A stretch of DNA of 24,000 nucleotides, taken from Alkalimarinus coralli. GTDB taxonomy: Bacteria; Pseudomonadota; Gammaproteobacteria; Pseudomonadales; Oleiphilaceae. The translations under genes and the position numbers were made by a program. The stretch spans positions 652,513-676,512 of the forward strand of contig NZ_CP096016.1 in assembly GCF_023650515.1 (NCBI RefSeq), read 5' to 3'. Below, in pieces: positions 1 to 11,905 of this stretch. A model generated the notes under the pieces. The model saw nothing but the letters and a program-made list of their open reading frames with translations. It searched no databases and was not told the origin of the DNA. Within the stretch, counting starts at the first letter, position 1. Each line of letters starts with the position of its first letter.

Positions 1-229
1 TTGCTCGGCCATGCATGGGTAAATGGGTCAAATTCTCCCCATCGATTGATATTTTCCCTTTGTCGGCTTCGACCAAACCGACGATCATGTAAAAACATGT
101 GGTTTTCCCTGCACCGTTGGGGCCGAGTAAGCCAACAATTTCACCGCTTTGTATTGAGAGTGAGACGTCTTTGACGACTGATCGTTTTTTATAGCTTTTT
201 GCCAGGTTGTCGGCGCTTAACGTTTTCAT
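1..229 (-). CDS. lptB: LPS export ABC transporter ATP-binding protein LptB, N-terminal part; the gene continues beyond the window start
   Basis: The reverse complement of 1-229 translates to MKTLSADNLAKSYKKRSVVKDVSLSIQSGEIVGLLGPNGAGKTTCFYMIVGLVEADKGKISIDGENLTHLPMHGRA. It has a Walker A motif (GPNGAGKTT). The ATG at 229-227 overlaps the lptA stop by 1 nt (TAATG). Conserved lptC-lptA-lptB order. Confidence 0.9.
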   Translation of the reverse strand, partial: MKTLSADNLAKSYKKRSVVKDVSLSIQSGEIVGLLGPNGAGKTTCFYMIVGLVEADKGKISIDGENLTHLPMHGRA

Positions 230-783
230 TATTTTTCTTCGTCGGAATCTTTTTCAACTGGGTGGACAATAATTTCAACGCGCTGAGACTTCTCTTCTCC
301 ACCCTGAGCAGTGACTACGCGACTAACCGTGTTGTACTCGATTTTTTTGCCTCGAAACGTGTTCTTTCCCTGCTCAAGTTTTGCGTCGTCTATTAAAGTC
401 AGCTTTTCATTATTACGGGTATAGATAATGGTGTTGCCGTAAGCATGGGTGGGTAGCTCTTCTCCCTCTTGCTGGTCGGAGAATTCAGCTGGAGACCCAA
501 AGGCTTCAAGCTTTATCAAACCGCTTTTATCACTATAAATAATTACCTTGTCGGACTTCAGGATTGACTTTCCCTGGGTGATAACAACGTCTCCACTGTA
601 AATTGAACGGCCCTTTTTTTCGTCCAGCTCAGCTCGGTCAGATTGAATTTTTATAGGTTGGTTGCTGTTTGCTGTGAATGCACTTGCCTGAGTCGAGATC
701 AGAGTTGAAAGTGCCACTATTAAAGCAATCAGCTGTTTTTTAAAAGGTTTGCTATGATGGTAGGGCTTACTGTTATTGGGCAT
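229..783 (-). CDS. lptA: LPS transport periplasmic protein LptA
   Basis: Track ORF 229-813. I prefer the ATG at 783 (MPNNSKPYHHSKPFKKQLIALIVALSTLISTQASA signal peptide), which is preceded by GAGG 5 nt upstream. The 813 start is a TTG. OstA-like repetitive beta-strand sequence, positioned between lptC and lptB. Confidence 0.8.
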   Translation of the reverse strand: MPNNSKPYHHSKPFKKQLIALIVALSTLISTQASAFTANSNQPIKIQSDRAELDEKKGRSIYSGDVVITQGKSILKSDKVIIYSDKSGLIKLEAFGSPAEFSDQQEGEELPTHAYGNTIIYTRNNEKLTLIDDAKLEQGKNTFRGKKIEYNTVSRVVTAQGGEEKSQRVEIIVHPVEKDSDEEK

Positions 784-1336
784 AGTTGCCTCGTACGTTG
801 GAGGTAATTTCAATCTTTTTATCGTCGACCCAGGCGTTCATGCCTTCGCCTTCAAGGATGCTAACATTATCGCTAATGGTAACGGGTTGTTTTGTGGTAA
901 TAAAGCGTGATTTATTGAGCACAGTCAGGGATTCTGTTTTTAGTGTCCAGGGGGCTTTCAACTGCTCGTCTCTGATCATCGTTACATTATTGATGAGTTC
1001 CAGATTCTCCTCGGTCATTTTATATCTTCCATTGTCCGCTGTGAGTCTCAATGTTGTATTATCTTCCCGGTAAACCAGTAAATTGGGACTCTTTAGTAGT
1101 GCGATATTTTGGTCGGGGTAATGCTTGGCTTCACTGCTCTTCATTATGGACGAAACGTAGCCGTCAGCATCATATACCGTGTATTTTCCATTAACGATAA
1201 AAAAGTCAGGCTCTTCCTGTTCTGCATTGCTTGCTACAGGCACAATTTTATTGTCGCTGTTCTGCCAGACTATTAAGATCATGGCGAGAATTGAGATGAT
1301 TAGCAGGGAGTGCTTTTTGATTTTTTCGCTTTTCAC
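773..1336 (-). CDS. lptC: LPS export system protein LptC
   Basis: 187 aa with a single N-terminal TM helix (HSLLIISILAMILIVW) followed by a periplasmic beta-jellyroll-like sequence. Overlaps the lptA start by 11 nt. Lies immediately upstream of lptA-lptB. Confidence 0.75.
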   Translation of the reverse strand: MKSEKIKKHSLLIISILAMILIVWQNSDNKIVPVASNAEQEEPDFFIVNGKYTVYDADGYVSSIMKSSEAKHYPDQNIALLKSPNLLVYREDNTTLRLTADNGRYKMTEENLELINNVTMIRDEQLKAPWTLKTESLTVLNKSRFITTKQPVTISDNVSILEGEGMNAWVDDKKIEITSNVRGNYAQ

Positions 1337-1399
1337 GTTATCCCCGACCTCACTATTGTGTAAATACTGTTTCCATACGAGCCAATAATGCTGGCAGGC

Positions 1400-2374
1400 T
1401 TAAATAACACCGGCTTTGAGTAAATCGTGCATATTGAGTGCGCCAACAACTTTCTGCGACTTGTCTACCACGATAAGCCCGTTTATTTTGCTGTCTTCCA
1501 TAATCGCAAGCGCTTCTGCTGCAAGAATATCTGCTGAAATAGTCCGGCAGTTTGCCGTCATAACTTCATCTATACGGGTTTTATGGATATCGATTGCTTT
1601 GTCGATTGTTCTTCGAAGGTCGCCATCAGTAAACAGGCCGCAGAGCTTGCCGTTGTCATCGGTAATGGCTGTCATTCCGAGTCCTTTTTCCGAAATCTCA
1701 AGTAGGGCGTCGCTAAGTAATACGTTGTGGTTGACGGATGGAATTCTACTGCCCGTGTGCATAATGTCAGATACTTTCAGAAGCAGTCGTCTGCCCAAGC
1801 TTCCGCCAGGGTGTGAGAACGCGAAGTCTTCTGCACTAAAGCCTCGCGCCTCAAGCAGTGCAATTGCAAGTGCATCGCCCATTACCAGGGTGGCTGTAGT
1901 ACTGGATGTTGGGGCAAGGCCAAGGGGGCATGCCTCTAATTCGACGCTTACATCAAGGTTTGCATCCGCTTCAAGAGCAAGCGCTGAGGTGTTTGACCCG
2001 GTCATGCTGATAAGCGGGGCTTCCATTCTTTTTATCAGGGGCAGTATGGTGACCACCTCTGATGTGTTGCCAGAATTCGAAATGGCTATGACCACATCGT
2101 TTGCTGTTATCATGCCCAGGTCGCCATGGCTGGCTTCGCCAGGGTGAACAAAAAAGGAGGGGGTGCCCGTGCTCGCGAGAGTCGCGGCTATTTTTTTTCC
2201 AATATGACCTGACTTGCCCATGCCGGTTACAACGACGCGCCCCTTGCAATCAAGAAGGATTTGGCAGGCTTTGGCGAACGAGTTGTCGATGCGTCCAATT
2301 AGTAGTGATATTGCGTCTCTTTCAATTTCGACGGCGCGTTTTGCTGAGCTGATAAATTTAGCAGAGTCTACCAT
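1400..2374 (-). CDS. kdsD: Arabinose-5-phosphate isomerase KdsD (SIS domain plus tandem CBS)
   Basis: 324 aa. SIS-domain motif VVVTGMGKSGHIGKKIAATLASTGTPSFFVHPGEASHGDLG, with a CBS pair at the C-terminus. Conserved position between yrbG and lptC. Confidence 0.9.
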   Translation of the reverse strand: MVDSAKFISSAKRAVEIERDAISLLIGRIDNSFAKACQILLDCKGRVVVTGMGKSGHIGKKIAATLASTGTPSFFVHPGEASHGDLGMITANDVVIAISNSGNTSEVVTILPLIKRMEAPLISMTGSNTSALALEADANLDVSVELEACPLGLAPTSSTTATLVMGDALAIALLEARGFSAEDFAFSHPGGSLGRRLLLKVSDIMHTGSRIPSVNHNVLLSDALLEISEKGLGMTAITDDNGKLCGLFTDGDLRRTIDKAIDIHKTRIDEVMTANCRTISADILAAEALAIMEDSKINGLIVVDKSQKVVGALNMHDLLKAGVI

Positions 2375-2499
2375 TCTGTTATCCGATAGATGTATGAATA
2401 TGATGTATTAGTCAAAGTGTAACGCACTTTTAGTGTAAACGTTTAGTGCTGACTTTTTGTTAATAATATTTAATGGTTGATCTTGGTGCCTGCTTGTTG

Positions 2500-3453
2500 C
2501 TAGGCACCGAGTGATCGATATAGCAGTATTAGGTAAGCGACATAAATGGCTAGCATTCCACTGCCAAAGGAGCGTCCCAGTCGTCCTTTTTTCTGCATAA
2601 TGTAAGCAGCCGCAGCGAGTAGTAACGTAAGGGCTAACATAATGCTGTAATCACGCAATAGTACTTCGCTATCTAGCATAACGGGGTTTAACAGTGCTGG
2701 TATGGGGAGTACGGCGAGCAAGTTAAAGAGGTTGGAACCAATAATATTACCCAATGCAATATCGTGGTGCCCCTTTAATGCGCTGGCGACTGATGCCGCT
2801 AACTCTGGCAGGCTTGTTCCGATGGCGACAATGGTTAAACCGATAATCAGCTCACTGACTCCCAGCTCCCTGGCCACTCCGCTTGCCCCCCATACCAGTA
2901 GTTTCGAACTGGCTAACAGTAAGCCAAGACTAATGACGAGCTGAAGTATTGCTTTGGCGGTGCTGGTGGAAGGGATTTCATTAATCTCTTCAAGAATTTC
3001 AGGAGCATCCAGGTTGTTTCTCGTTAAGAAGTACATCGATATGGCAAGAATAACAATCATGATGATGCCATCCCATATGCCTAAATGATTATCAAGAAAC
3101 AGCAAGGTAACAAGCAGTGTCGCAGTGACCAGCACGGGAAACTCTCGCTTAAGCACTAGCGGTTTGAGCGGGATGGGGGAGACTAACGCAGTAATACCTA
3201 ATACAAGTGCGATGTTGGCTATGTTTGAGCCAATGGCGTTGCCGACTGCGAGGTTGCTAGCGTCCGACAGTGCCGCAGTACCGGAAACGATCATTTCTGG
3301 AGCAGATGTGCCAAAGGCCACTATTGTGAGGCCTATTAGCATGGGGGACATTCCAAGGTTGCGCGCCGTTGCTACGGAGCCATTAACAAAGCGGTCTGCA
3401 CTCCATACCAGTACGACTAACCCTGCAATGATGCCGGCAAAAAATAGAATCAT
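2500..3453 (-). CDS. yrbG: Ca2+/Na+ antiporter, CaCA family (YrbG-like)
   Basis: Polytopic membrane protein with two alpha-repeats (GTSAPE and GTSLPELAAS). I prefer the ATG at 3453 (MILFFAGIIAGLVVLVWSADRF), which aligns with the start of YrbG-type proteins. The track ORF extends to 3492. Same position as yrbG in E. coli, between mlaF and kdsD. Confidence 0.8.
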   Translation of the reverse strand: MILFFAGIIAGLVVLVWSADRFVNGSVATARNLGMSPMLIGLTIVAFGTSAPEMIVSGTAALSDASNLAVGNAIGSNIANIALVLGITALVSPIPLKPLVLKREFPVLVTATLLVTLLFLDNHLGIWDGIIMIVILAISMYFLTRNNLDAPEILEEINEIPSTSTAKAILQLVISLGLLLASSKLLVWGASGVARELGVSELIIGLTIVAIGTSLPELAASVASALKGHHDIALGNIIGSNLFNLLAVLPIPALLNPVMLDSEVLLRDYSIMLALTLLLAAAAYIMQKKGRLGRSFGSGMLAIYVAYLILLYRSLGA

Positions 3454-3743
3454 GAATTTCACTCTAACTAGGTGTATGAATAGCTCATGCAAAGACTGAA
3501 TCTTCAGTTGTGGCGTGAATTGTGCTGAACTTGGTGCGCCCTTGCAATGGCAAATTTTAAAAAAATCCTGATGGGCGTAAGATCCTTTGCTTTAATAGAT
3601 TGAAATATTTGATTAAATCATACGTTAGTTGATGTAGACTTCATCTCGCGCACAAATCTCTCTTATAGGGAAGGCCTTATGGAGGGGAGTAGCGCAATCT
3701 ATATCAGTTAACTATCGCATGTCGCAGGCCAGGATTAATTGTT

Positions 3744-4562
3744 GTGAGCAACTTGATCGAAATTAGGGGAATGTCCTTTTCTAGAGGCGAACGGCTTATA
3801 TTTAATGATATAGATGTTGATATCCCCAAGGGGAAAGTGACATCTATTATGGGGCCGAGTGGTACGGGTAAAACAACGTTGCTGCGTCTCATCGGAGCCC
3901 AGCTGAAACCACAAAAAGGAACGATTACCGTAGACGGTCAAAATCTTCTTAAGCTAAAAAGAAAGGATCTCTACCTCGCCCGTGAAAAAATAGGCATGTT
4001 GTTTCAAAGTGGTGCGCTATTCTCAGATTTAACGGTTTTCGAAAATGTCGCTTTTCCGCTAAGGGTGCACACTAAGTTGCCTGAAGATATGATTAGGGAC
4101 ATTGTGCTGATGAAATTGCAAGCGGTCGGGCTGAGGGGGGCTAGAGACTTGATGCCAGCCGAGCTTTCGGGTGGCATGACTCGTCGCATAGCGTTAGCTC
4201 GAACCATCGCTCTTGATCCGTCCTTAGTGATGTATGATGAGCCGTTTGCAGGTCAGGACCCCATCGCAATGGGGGTTCTGGTGCAGTTAATAAGGCTTTT
4301 AAATGATGCGCTAGGGATGACGAGTGTGCTCGTTTCGCATGACGTGGCTGAAGCGCTTAGCATTAGTGATCATGTTTGCATTATTTCCGATGGCAAAGTG
4401 ATCGGGCAGGGGGCACCCGGCCACTTGAAAGAGCACGGTTCCCCATTAGTGAAGCAGTTTTTACAAGGACTGCCTGACGGGCCGGTACCATTTCACTATC
4501 CCGCATCCGACTATCGTTCAGATTTATTGCCAGGGAGTGAACGTGCTCAATTATTTACGTAG
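3744..4562 (+). CDS. mlaF: Phospholipid ABC transporter ATP-binding protein MlaF
   Basis: 272 aa, GTG start. Walker [13 protein letters not shown] signature LSGGMTRR, Walker B LVMYDEP. First gene of the mlaFEDCB order. Confidence 0.9.
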   Translation: MSNLIEIRGMSFSRGERLIFNDIDVDIPKGKVTSIMGPSGTGKTTLLRLIGAQLKPQKGTITVDGQNLLKLKRKDLYLAREKIGMLFQSGALFSDLTVFENVAFPLRVHTKLPEDMIRDIVLMKLQAVGLRGARDLMPAELSGGMTRRIALARTIALDPSLVMYDEPFAGQDPIAMGVLVQLIRLLNDALGMTSVLVSHDVAEALSISDHVCIISDGKVIGQGAPGHLKEHGSPLVKQFLQGLPDGPVPFHYPASDYRSDLLPGSERAQLFT

Positions 4563-5325
4563 GCTTGGTAGGCAGGCTATCCATACGGTTTCTGTTCTGG
4601 GACGCTCAGGTGTATTTCTGATGCAGTCGCTTGTGGGGGTTCCAAATTTCAGCAGTGGCTTTCCTTTGCTGATCAAGCAACTCTACTCTGTGGGTGTTTT
4701 ATCGCTGGTCATTATTGTTGTATCAGGGCTCTTTATTGGCATGGTGCTTGGGCTGCAAGGGTATAACATATTGGTTGATTATGGCTCCGAACAGGCTATA
4801 GGGCAGATGGTCGCCTTAACGTTGGTTAGGGAGCTAGGGCCTGTCGTTACGGGGCTCTTGTTTGCGGGGCGCGCAGGGTCGGCGCTGACAGCTGAGATAG
4901 GGCTTATGAAGGCCACCGAGCAGTTAACCAGTATGGAAATGATGGGGGTTGATCCGTTACGAAGGGTGATCGCACCTCGGTTGTGGGCCGGTTTTATTTC
5001 GATGCCTCTTTTGGCCATGATTTTCAGTGTGGTCGGTATATGGGGCGGAATGCTGGTTGGAGTGGACTGGTTAGGTGTTTATGAGGGCTCGTTTTGGGCT
5101 AATATGCAAGCATCTGTTAGCTTTCAGGATGACGTGTTAAATGGCGTGATAAAGAGTATTGTTTTTGGTTTTGTGTGTACATGGATTGCCGTTTTTCAAG
5201 GCTATGATTCAGTCCCTACATCTGAGGGAATTAGCGCGGCAACAACCAAAACGGTGGTTTATTCGTCTCTGGCTGTGCTGGGGCTGGATTTTGTGTTGAC
5301 TGCCATGATGTTTACGGCGTTATAG
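4537..5325 (+). CDS. mlaE: Phospholipid ABC transporter permease MlaE
   Basis: 262 aa polytopic membrane protein of the MlaE/Ttg2B type. The GTG start overlaps the end of mlaF; an alternative GTG lies at 4543. Confidence 0.9.
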   Translation: MNVLNYLRRLGRQAIHTVSVLGRSGVFLMQSLVGVPNFSSGFPLLIKQLYSVGVLSLVIIVVSGLFIGMVLGLQGYNILVDYGSEQAIGQMVALTLVRELGPVVTGLLFAGRAGSALTAEIGLMKATEQLTSMEMMGVDPLRRVIAPRLWAGFISMPLLAMIFSVVGIWGGMLVGVDWLGVYEGSFWANMQASVSFQDDVLNGVIKSIVFGFVCTWIAVFQGYDSVPTSEGISAATTKTVVYSSLAVLGLDFVLTAMMFTAL

Positions 5326-5412
5326 CGCGTCGCAGTAAGGTAGCCGAAGGCGAGAGATTAAACGAACCCCGCTGTGAAGGGGGTGTTTGAAAGTTATAAT
5401 ATCGGAGTGAAT

Positions 5413-5862
5413 ATGTACAATCGGACAATAGAGATAGTGGTCGGGCTATTCATCATGCTAGGCATTGGTGCTTTGGCTGTGCTGGCTTTCCAGGTTAGCG
5501 GTCTTTCTGCAAAAATGGATTCAGAAACCTACAAGGTCTATGCGCAGTTTGATGATTTGGGCGGGTTGTCGGTCAGGGGGCGTGTTTCGATGGCTGGTGT
5601 AACCATTGGTAAAGTCAGCAATATTGAACTGGATAAAGAGTCATATATGGCGCTGGTTGAGATGGAACTTTATGGTTCTGTTGATAATTTGACGACAGAC
5701 AGCAATGCCGCTATCCAGACAGCTGGTTTGTTGGGTGAAAAGTACATTTCCATTAGTGTTGGAGCGGATGAAGAGTACCTTAAAGATGGCGACACGATAT
5801 TTGATACACAATCAGCATTGAATATCGAAAAACTAATTGGTACGTTTGCCTCTGGCAGGTAG
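5413..5862 (+). CDS. mlaD: Phospholipid transport MCE-domain protein MlaD
   Basis: Track ORF 5374-5862. I prefer the ATG at 5413 (MYNRTIEIVVGLFIMLGIGALAVLAF), which has GGAG 5 nt upstream. N-terminal TM anchor followed by an MCE domain. Confidence 0.85.
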   Translation: MYNRTIEIVVGLFIMLGIGALAVLAFQVSGLSAKMDSETYKVYAQFDDLGGLSVRGRVSMAGVTIGKVSNIELDKESYMALVEMELYGSVDNLTTDSNAAIQTAGLLGEKYISISVGADEEYLKDGDTIFDTQSALNIEKLIGTFASGR

Positions 5863-5927
5863 CAGTGAGCGCTGGATATAAAGGAATTTAAGGGAGAGAC
5901 TCCTTGCAATTAATAGGTGCAGATAGA

Positions 5928-6584
5928 ATGAAATTGAAGGTCGGTGGTTTTTTCCATAGCTGGTTAGTTATATTGGCGATGTTTATAAGTCCTTTCGCGT
6001 TGGCGGGTGGCGTAGAAGGAGAGGTGAAGCGAATTGTTGAAGAAAGTACAAACCAGTTAGTTGATAAGCTGAACCGTGAAAAATCGACTTATGAGGTTGA
6101 CCCTGAAAAGTTCTACAGCGAAATGGACGCCGCCTTGAGTGAGTTGGTCGACTTTAAACGCATAGCTGCGAGAGTAATGGGTAAAACAGCTCGAAAAGCG
6201 ACCAAAGAGCAAAGATCCAGTTTCCTCGCTTCATTTAAAAAGAGTTTGTATGTCGCGTATTCCAAAGCACTTGTAGAGAGTGGTGCGTTTGAAATAACCG
6301 TCGAAGGCGTTAAAGTTAACCCCAGAAGCGACAAAAAGGCCTCCGTTAACCTTGTTGTTACATCTGAGAGTGGTAATCAGTACCCTGTGGTTTATTCAAT
6401 GAACTACGGCAAAAATAAAAAATGGATGCTTGAGAATGTCATTGTTAATGGGGTTAATGTCGGGCTTGCCTTTAGAGACCGATTTAGCTTTGAGATGCGT
6501 AACCATCAGGGGAATATTGACAAGGTTATAGAAAACTGGACAGCTAAAATTGATATTAGCGACGATTCTGTTGCAACTCAGTAA
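5928..6584 (+). CDS. mlaC: Periplasmic phospholipid-binding protein MlaC (Ttg2D family)
   Basis: Track ORF 5904-6584 has a TTG start. The ATG at 5928 gives MKLKVGGFFHSWLVILAMFISPFALAGG, a signal peptide, with AGGTG 8 nt upstream. Position follows mlaD. Confidence 0.8.
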   Translation: MKLKVGGFFHSWLVILAMFISPFALAGGVEGEVKRIVEESTNQLVDKLNREKSTYEVDPEKFYSEMDAALSELVDFKRIAARVMGKTARKATKEQRSSFLASFKKSLYVAYSKALVESGAFEITVEGVKVNPRSDKKASVNLVVTSESGNQYPVVYSMNYGKNKKWMLENVIVNGVNVGLAFRDRFSFEMRNHQGNIDKVIENWTAKIDISDDSVATQ

Positions 6585-6682
6585 GGTGTGTTGAGCAAGG
6601 TTACAAACAAAGCAGTTCCTTGTTTAGCTGGTTCTGGATGGTGGTAAGTTGGAAGACGGTTTTGAATAGTGGGGAGCTATAA

Positions 6683-6994
6683 ATGGTTGCTGAAGTGAGT
6701 GTACAAGATGCAGGCATACTTGCTCTCTCAGGGGATGTGACATCGGACAATGTTGTTTCCATTCGGCGCAAGGGAGAGGATGCTATCGCTAAAATGCCGT
6801 CAAGCGCGATTGTTAACCTGGCCGGTTTGGGGGCGGCGAACACGCTTACCCTTTCGCTGCTATTGGCTTGGGTGAGGTGTGCCAGGCAGCAAAATATGGA
6901 ACTAACCATCGCCGAAAGTCCCGGCAAGCTCTTTGATATGGCCAGAGTGAGCGGCTTGGAGTTGGTGCTTCCATTTGAACCCTCCGGCAGTTGA
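6683..6994 (+). CDS. mlaB: STAS-domain protein MlaB
   Basis: 103 aa of anti-sigma-antagonist-like STAS size and pattern. Last gene of the mla cluster. The call rests mostly on synteny. Confidence 0.65.
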   Translation: MVAEVSVQDAGILALSGDVTSDNVVSIRRKGEDAIAKMPSSAIVNLAGLGAANTLTLSLLLAWVRCARQQNMELTIAESPGKLFDMARVSGLELVLPFEPSGS

Positions 6995-7167
6995 GTCGCA
7001 GATTCTTTCTTTTTGGCTTCTTTAGCGGACTGCTTTTGGGTATCATAGCCTATTTGCCTCGCGCAGGTGCGCGGGCAACAGGTTTGATTAGCTCGGTCAG
7101 CTAGCCGCTGAACTTGAGTTATGCCTCCGAACCTTTGAGATTAATGACAGTAGATAAAGGCTAAGAA

Positions 7168-8731
<1,564 letters not shown>

Positions 8732-8767
8732 CTATAGATACACAAATACAGGAATTGAGAGAGTTAC

Positions 8768-9397
8768 ATGAGCGATACGCTTACAATTGCTTTGTCTAAA
8801 GGCCGGATATTGAAAGAGACACTGCCGCTTATAGCCGCAGCCGGTATAGAACCATTGGAAGATATATCAAAAAGTAGAAAACTGATTTTTGATACCACCG
8901 ATAGCCGGGTTAAACTCATTATTATTAGAGCCACCGATGTTCCCACCTATGTACAATATGGCGGCGCAGATATGGGGGTTACTGGTAAAGATGTACTCAT
9001 GGAGCATGGGGCAGAAGGCCTATACGAGCCACTTGATCTGAAAATTTCTGAGTGTCGCTTGATGACGGCGGCCAAAAAAGAAGCCAAGCCAGTTAAAGGT
9101 AGATTAAAGGTTGCTACCAAATTTGTGAATTTGGCCAAACAGTATTACGCTCGACAGGGTATTCAGGCTGATATTATTAAACTTTACGGTGCCATGGAAC
9201 TCGCACCGATACTAGGGTTGGCTGATGAAATTGTAGATATTGTCGATACTGGCAATACACTAAAAGCTAACGGACTGGAGCCAAGAGAACTCATCCATAA
9301 TATCAGTTCGCGATTAGTGGTGAATCGAGCGTCCATGAAAATGAAGCATCATCATATTCAATCTATTATTGACCAATTGTCTGAGGCGGTTAGTTAA
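8768..9397 (+). CDS. hisG: ATP phosphoribosyltransferase, short form (HisG-S; expected to need HisZ encoded elsewhere)
   Basis: 209 aa. [22 protein letters not shown] and [14 protein letters not shown] motifs. Its length indicates the short form, which lacks the C-terminal regulatory domain. Confidence 0.9.
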   Translation: MSDTLTIALSKGRILKETLPLIAAAGIEPLEDISKSRKLIFDTTDSRVKLIIIRATDVPTYVQYGGADMGVTGKDVLMEHGAEGLYEPLDLKISECRLMTAAKKEAKPVKGRLKVATKFVNLAKQYYARQGIQADIIKLYGAMELAPILGLADEIVDIVDTGNTLKANGLEPRELIHNISSRLVVNRASMKMKHHHIQSIIDQLSEAVS

Positions 9398-9522
9398 TCT
9401 AACTGCCTTAGCATACCTCTACTCTAACTTTACATCATGCCTTAATTTTGATGGCCAGATGAGCTAACTGCTCTATTGTTATAAACCTTCTTGTAGGTGT
9501 TACGCCCGTGAATGACACAAAT

Positions 9523-10833
9523 ATGACTGCTGAAGTATCAATTACTCGTCTAACTTCATCGGATAAATGTTTCGGTGAACAGTTAAGTAACCTGTTAGCT
9601 TGGGATGAAGCTGCTGATCATAAAGTTCATGATGTTGTAAAAGAGATACTATCCCAGGTGAAGAGCCATGGTGACTCAGCCGTGCTTGATTATACCCGTC
9701 GATTTGATGGCGTCTTAGCTGCTGCTATGGATGAACTAGAAGTTTCTCGAGACAGGTTAGAAGAGGCTTTGGGTAAGATTTCAGCTGAGCAGAAATCTGC
9801 GCTGGAAACGGCCGCTGATCGTGTCCGCAGTTACCATGAAAAGCAGCAGCAAGCGTCATGGAGTTATACAGAATCTGACGGCACGGTTCTTGGTCAGCAG
9901 GTTGTTGCTATGGATCGAGTTGGGTTATATGTCCCGGGAGGGAAGGCAGCCTACCCCTCATCTGTCTTAATGAATGCAATTCCTGCAAAAGTTGCGGGTG
10001 TTGAAGAGCTAATCATGGTGGTTCCTACGCCAAAAGGCGAAGTCAATGAGTTGGTTTTAGCTGCCGCAGCTATTAGTGGTGTTGATAGGGTGTTTACTAT
10101 TGGTGGAGCCCAGGCTGTCGCTGCGTTGGCTTACGGCACAGAAAGCATTCCTGCGGTAGATAAGATTGTTGGCCCTGGTAACATATATGTTGCAACGGCA
10201 AAGCGCGAAGTGTTTGGGGTTGTTGGGATTGATATGATCGCAGGCCCTTCTGAGATTCTGGTTATTTGTGATGGGCAGACAGACCCGGACTGGATCGCAA
10301 TGGATCTTTTCTCTCAGGCAGAGCACGATGAAAACGCTCAGTCGATCTTGATTTCTGATGACAAAGACTACCTTGATCAAGTCGAACGCAGTGTTAATAA
10401 GTTGCTTCCAACTATGGAGCGGCAGGATATTATAAAGGTCTCAATAGAATCAAGGGCTGCTTTTATCGAGGTCAGTGATTTAGCGGACGCCGTCGATGTG
10501 AGCAACCGTATTGCACCTGAGCACTTGGAACTTTCAGTTGAAGACCCTGATGCTTTGCTGCCCGCTATACGTCATGCAGGGGCAATCTTTATGGGGCGCT
10601 ACACAGCTGAAGCGTTAGGAGACTACTGTGCTGGGCCTAATCATGTTCTGCCGACCTCTGGCACAGCACGTTTTTCTTCACCTTTAGGTGTTTATGATTT
10701 TCAAAAACGTTCTTCTATTATTAAATTCTCGGCTGACGGTGCGAGTGAGATGGGGAAGGTCGCTTCTGTGCTTGCAAGAGGTGAGGGGCTGACTGCGCAT
10801 GCCCGGTCTGCAGAGTATAGAATCAAGCCATAA
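9523..10833 (+). CDS. hisD: Histidinol dehydrogenase HisD
   Basis: Track ORF 9508-10833 starts at a GTG. The ATG at 9523 ([10 protein letters not shown]) matches the usual HisD N-terminus. Motifs [19 protein letters not shown] and [13 protein letters not shown] are present. Confidence 0.95.
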   Translation: MTAEVSITRLTSSDKCFGEQLSNLLAWDEAADHKVHDVVKEILSQVKSHGDSAVLDYTRRFDGVLAAAMDELEVSRDRLEEALGKISAEQKSALETAADRVRSYHEKQQQASWSYTESDGTVLGQQVVAMDRVGLYVPGGKAAYPSSVLMNAIPAKVAGVEELIMVVPTPKGEVNELVLAAAAISGVDRVFTIGGAQAVAALAYGTESIPAVDKIVGPGNIYVATAKREVFGVVGIDMIAGPSEILVICDGQTDPDWIAMDLFSQAEHDENAQSILISDDKDYLDQVERSVNKLLPTMERQDIIKVSIESRAAFIEVSDLADAVDVSNRIAPEHLELSVEDPDALLPAIRHAGAIFMGRYTAEALGDYCAGPNHVLPTSGTARFSSPLGVYDFQKRSSIIKFSADGASEMGKVASVLARGEGLTAHARSAEYRIKP

Positions 10834-10840
10834 CTCAAGG

Positions 10841-11905
10841 TCAGTGAAAGGTCGCTACGCCTTTGGCGGGCGACCTTGTTGTAAGCTCTGCTGTTAACTC
10901 TATCAGTTTTCCTGAGCGATATAAGTCCAGGGAAACTTGTTGGCCAGGACGCATATCTGCGATGGTAAAAAGTGAATCTTGATAGTGATTGAGTGACTTC
11001 CCGTTAATTCTCAAGATTATGTCGCCTTGTTTCAGACCTGCCCTGTGAGCTGGGCTATCGGCCTCTACATCAATGACAACCAACCCGTTTGTATGTTGAA
11101 GGTTAAAAAAGGAGGCCGCTTCCTTGTTCAGTTGGTGAAGCCGAACACCCAAATACCCTCTGAGAACTTCCCCATTTTCCAGTATGTCTTTTTTTACCTT
11201 ATTGATCTGATTGATCGGAATGGCAAAGCTAATACCTTGAGCGCCGTCTGCTAGACTCAAGAACGCTGAATTTATGCCGATCAATTGGCCTTTTGCCGTT
11301 ATTAGTGCGCCCCCAGAGTTTCCTGGGTTTATCGCTGCATCAGTTTGAATGTATTGCTCAAAAGTCGCTAAGCCTAAATTTGAGCGGCCGATCGCACTGA
11401 CTATTCCTTGGGTGACTGATTGTCCAACACCGTATGGGTTTCCAATCGCGAGCACTATATCGCCGACCTCTGCTAATGTTACTGGCTGCTTAGGTATCGC
11501 GGGTAAATGATCCATGGATATTTTAAGAATTGCTATATCGCTTTCTCTGTCACTGCCTAGTAAAGTTGCAATGCCTTTCCTTCCATCCGTCAGTGTAATG
11601 GTGATTAAATTGGCATTGTGAATAACATGATGATTAGTGACTATATGCCCCTGCTTGTCGACAATGACTCCTGAACCTAAGCTTTTGTTCTCAGTTGATA
11701 TGTTAACGACTGCGGGAGATATCCTGCTTATTACAGGCGCGTATGATGTGGTACTGTAATCAGAGGAGGGGGATAACCTGGAGTATATCTCTTCCAGGAA
11801 ATAGAGCATTACGACGAGTAACCCGCCAATGACAATAGGCAGTATCCAGCGAGCCAGCTTTGCTACAGTTGTCGAAGGCTGTCTTTCAGGTAATAAGTTC
11901 CGCAC
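10841..11905 (-). CDS. DegS/AlgW-type periplasmic serine endoprotease (single PDZ, N-terminal membrane anchor)
   Basis: 354 aa, GTG start. TM anchor WILPIVIGGLLVVMLYFL. Trypsin-like triad contexts TNHHV, DIAILK and GNSGGAL, with one PDZ domain. Sits next to hisD, as algW does in Pseudomonas. Confidence 0.85.
   Translation of the reverse strand: MRNLLPERQPSTTVAKLARWILPIVIGGLLVVMLYFLEEIYSRLSPSSDYSTTSYAPVISRISPAVVNISTENKSLGSGVIVDKQGHIVTNHHVIHNANLITITLTDGRKGIATLLGSDRESDIAILKISMDHLPAIPKQPVTLAEVGDIVLAIGNPYGVGQSVTQGIVSAIGRSNLGLATFEQYIQTDAAINPGNSGGALITAKGQLIGINSAFLSLADGAQGISFAIPINQINKVKKDILENGEVLRGYLGVRLHQLNKEAASFFNLQHTNGLVVIDVEADSPAHRAGLKQGDIILRINGKSLNHYQDSLFTIADMRPGQQVSLDLYRSGKLIELTAELTTRSPAKGVATFH

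Noticed and set aside
1416-2147. 243-aa plus-strand ORF, with further ORFs at 1971-2249, 2101-2352 and 2214-2411.
   Set aside because: These are antisense or shadow frames of the well-supported kdsD gene. Their Ser/Ala/Arg-rich, low-complexity translations are typical of the opposite strand of a real gene.
2485-2508. Hairpin GGTGCCT...AGGCACC straddling the yrbG stop codon, and AAAGTG-TAACG-CACTTT at 2414-2430, considered as yrbG terminators.
   Set aside because: The stems are short and no clear U-tract follows on the minus strand, so I cannot support a terminator call from sequence alone.
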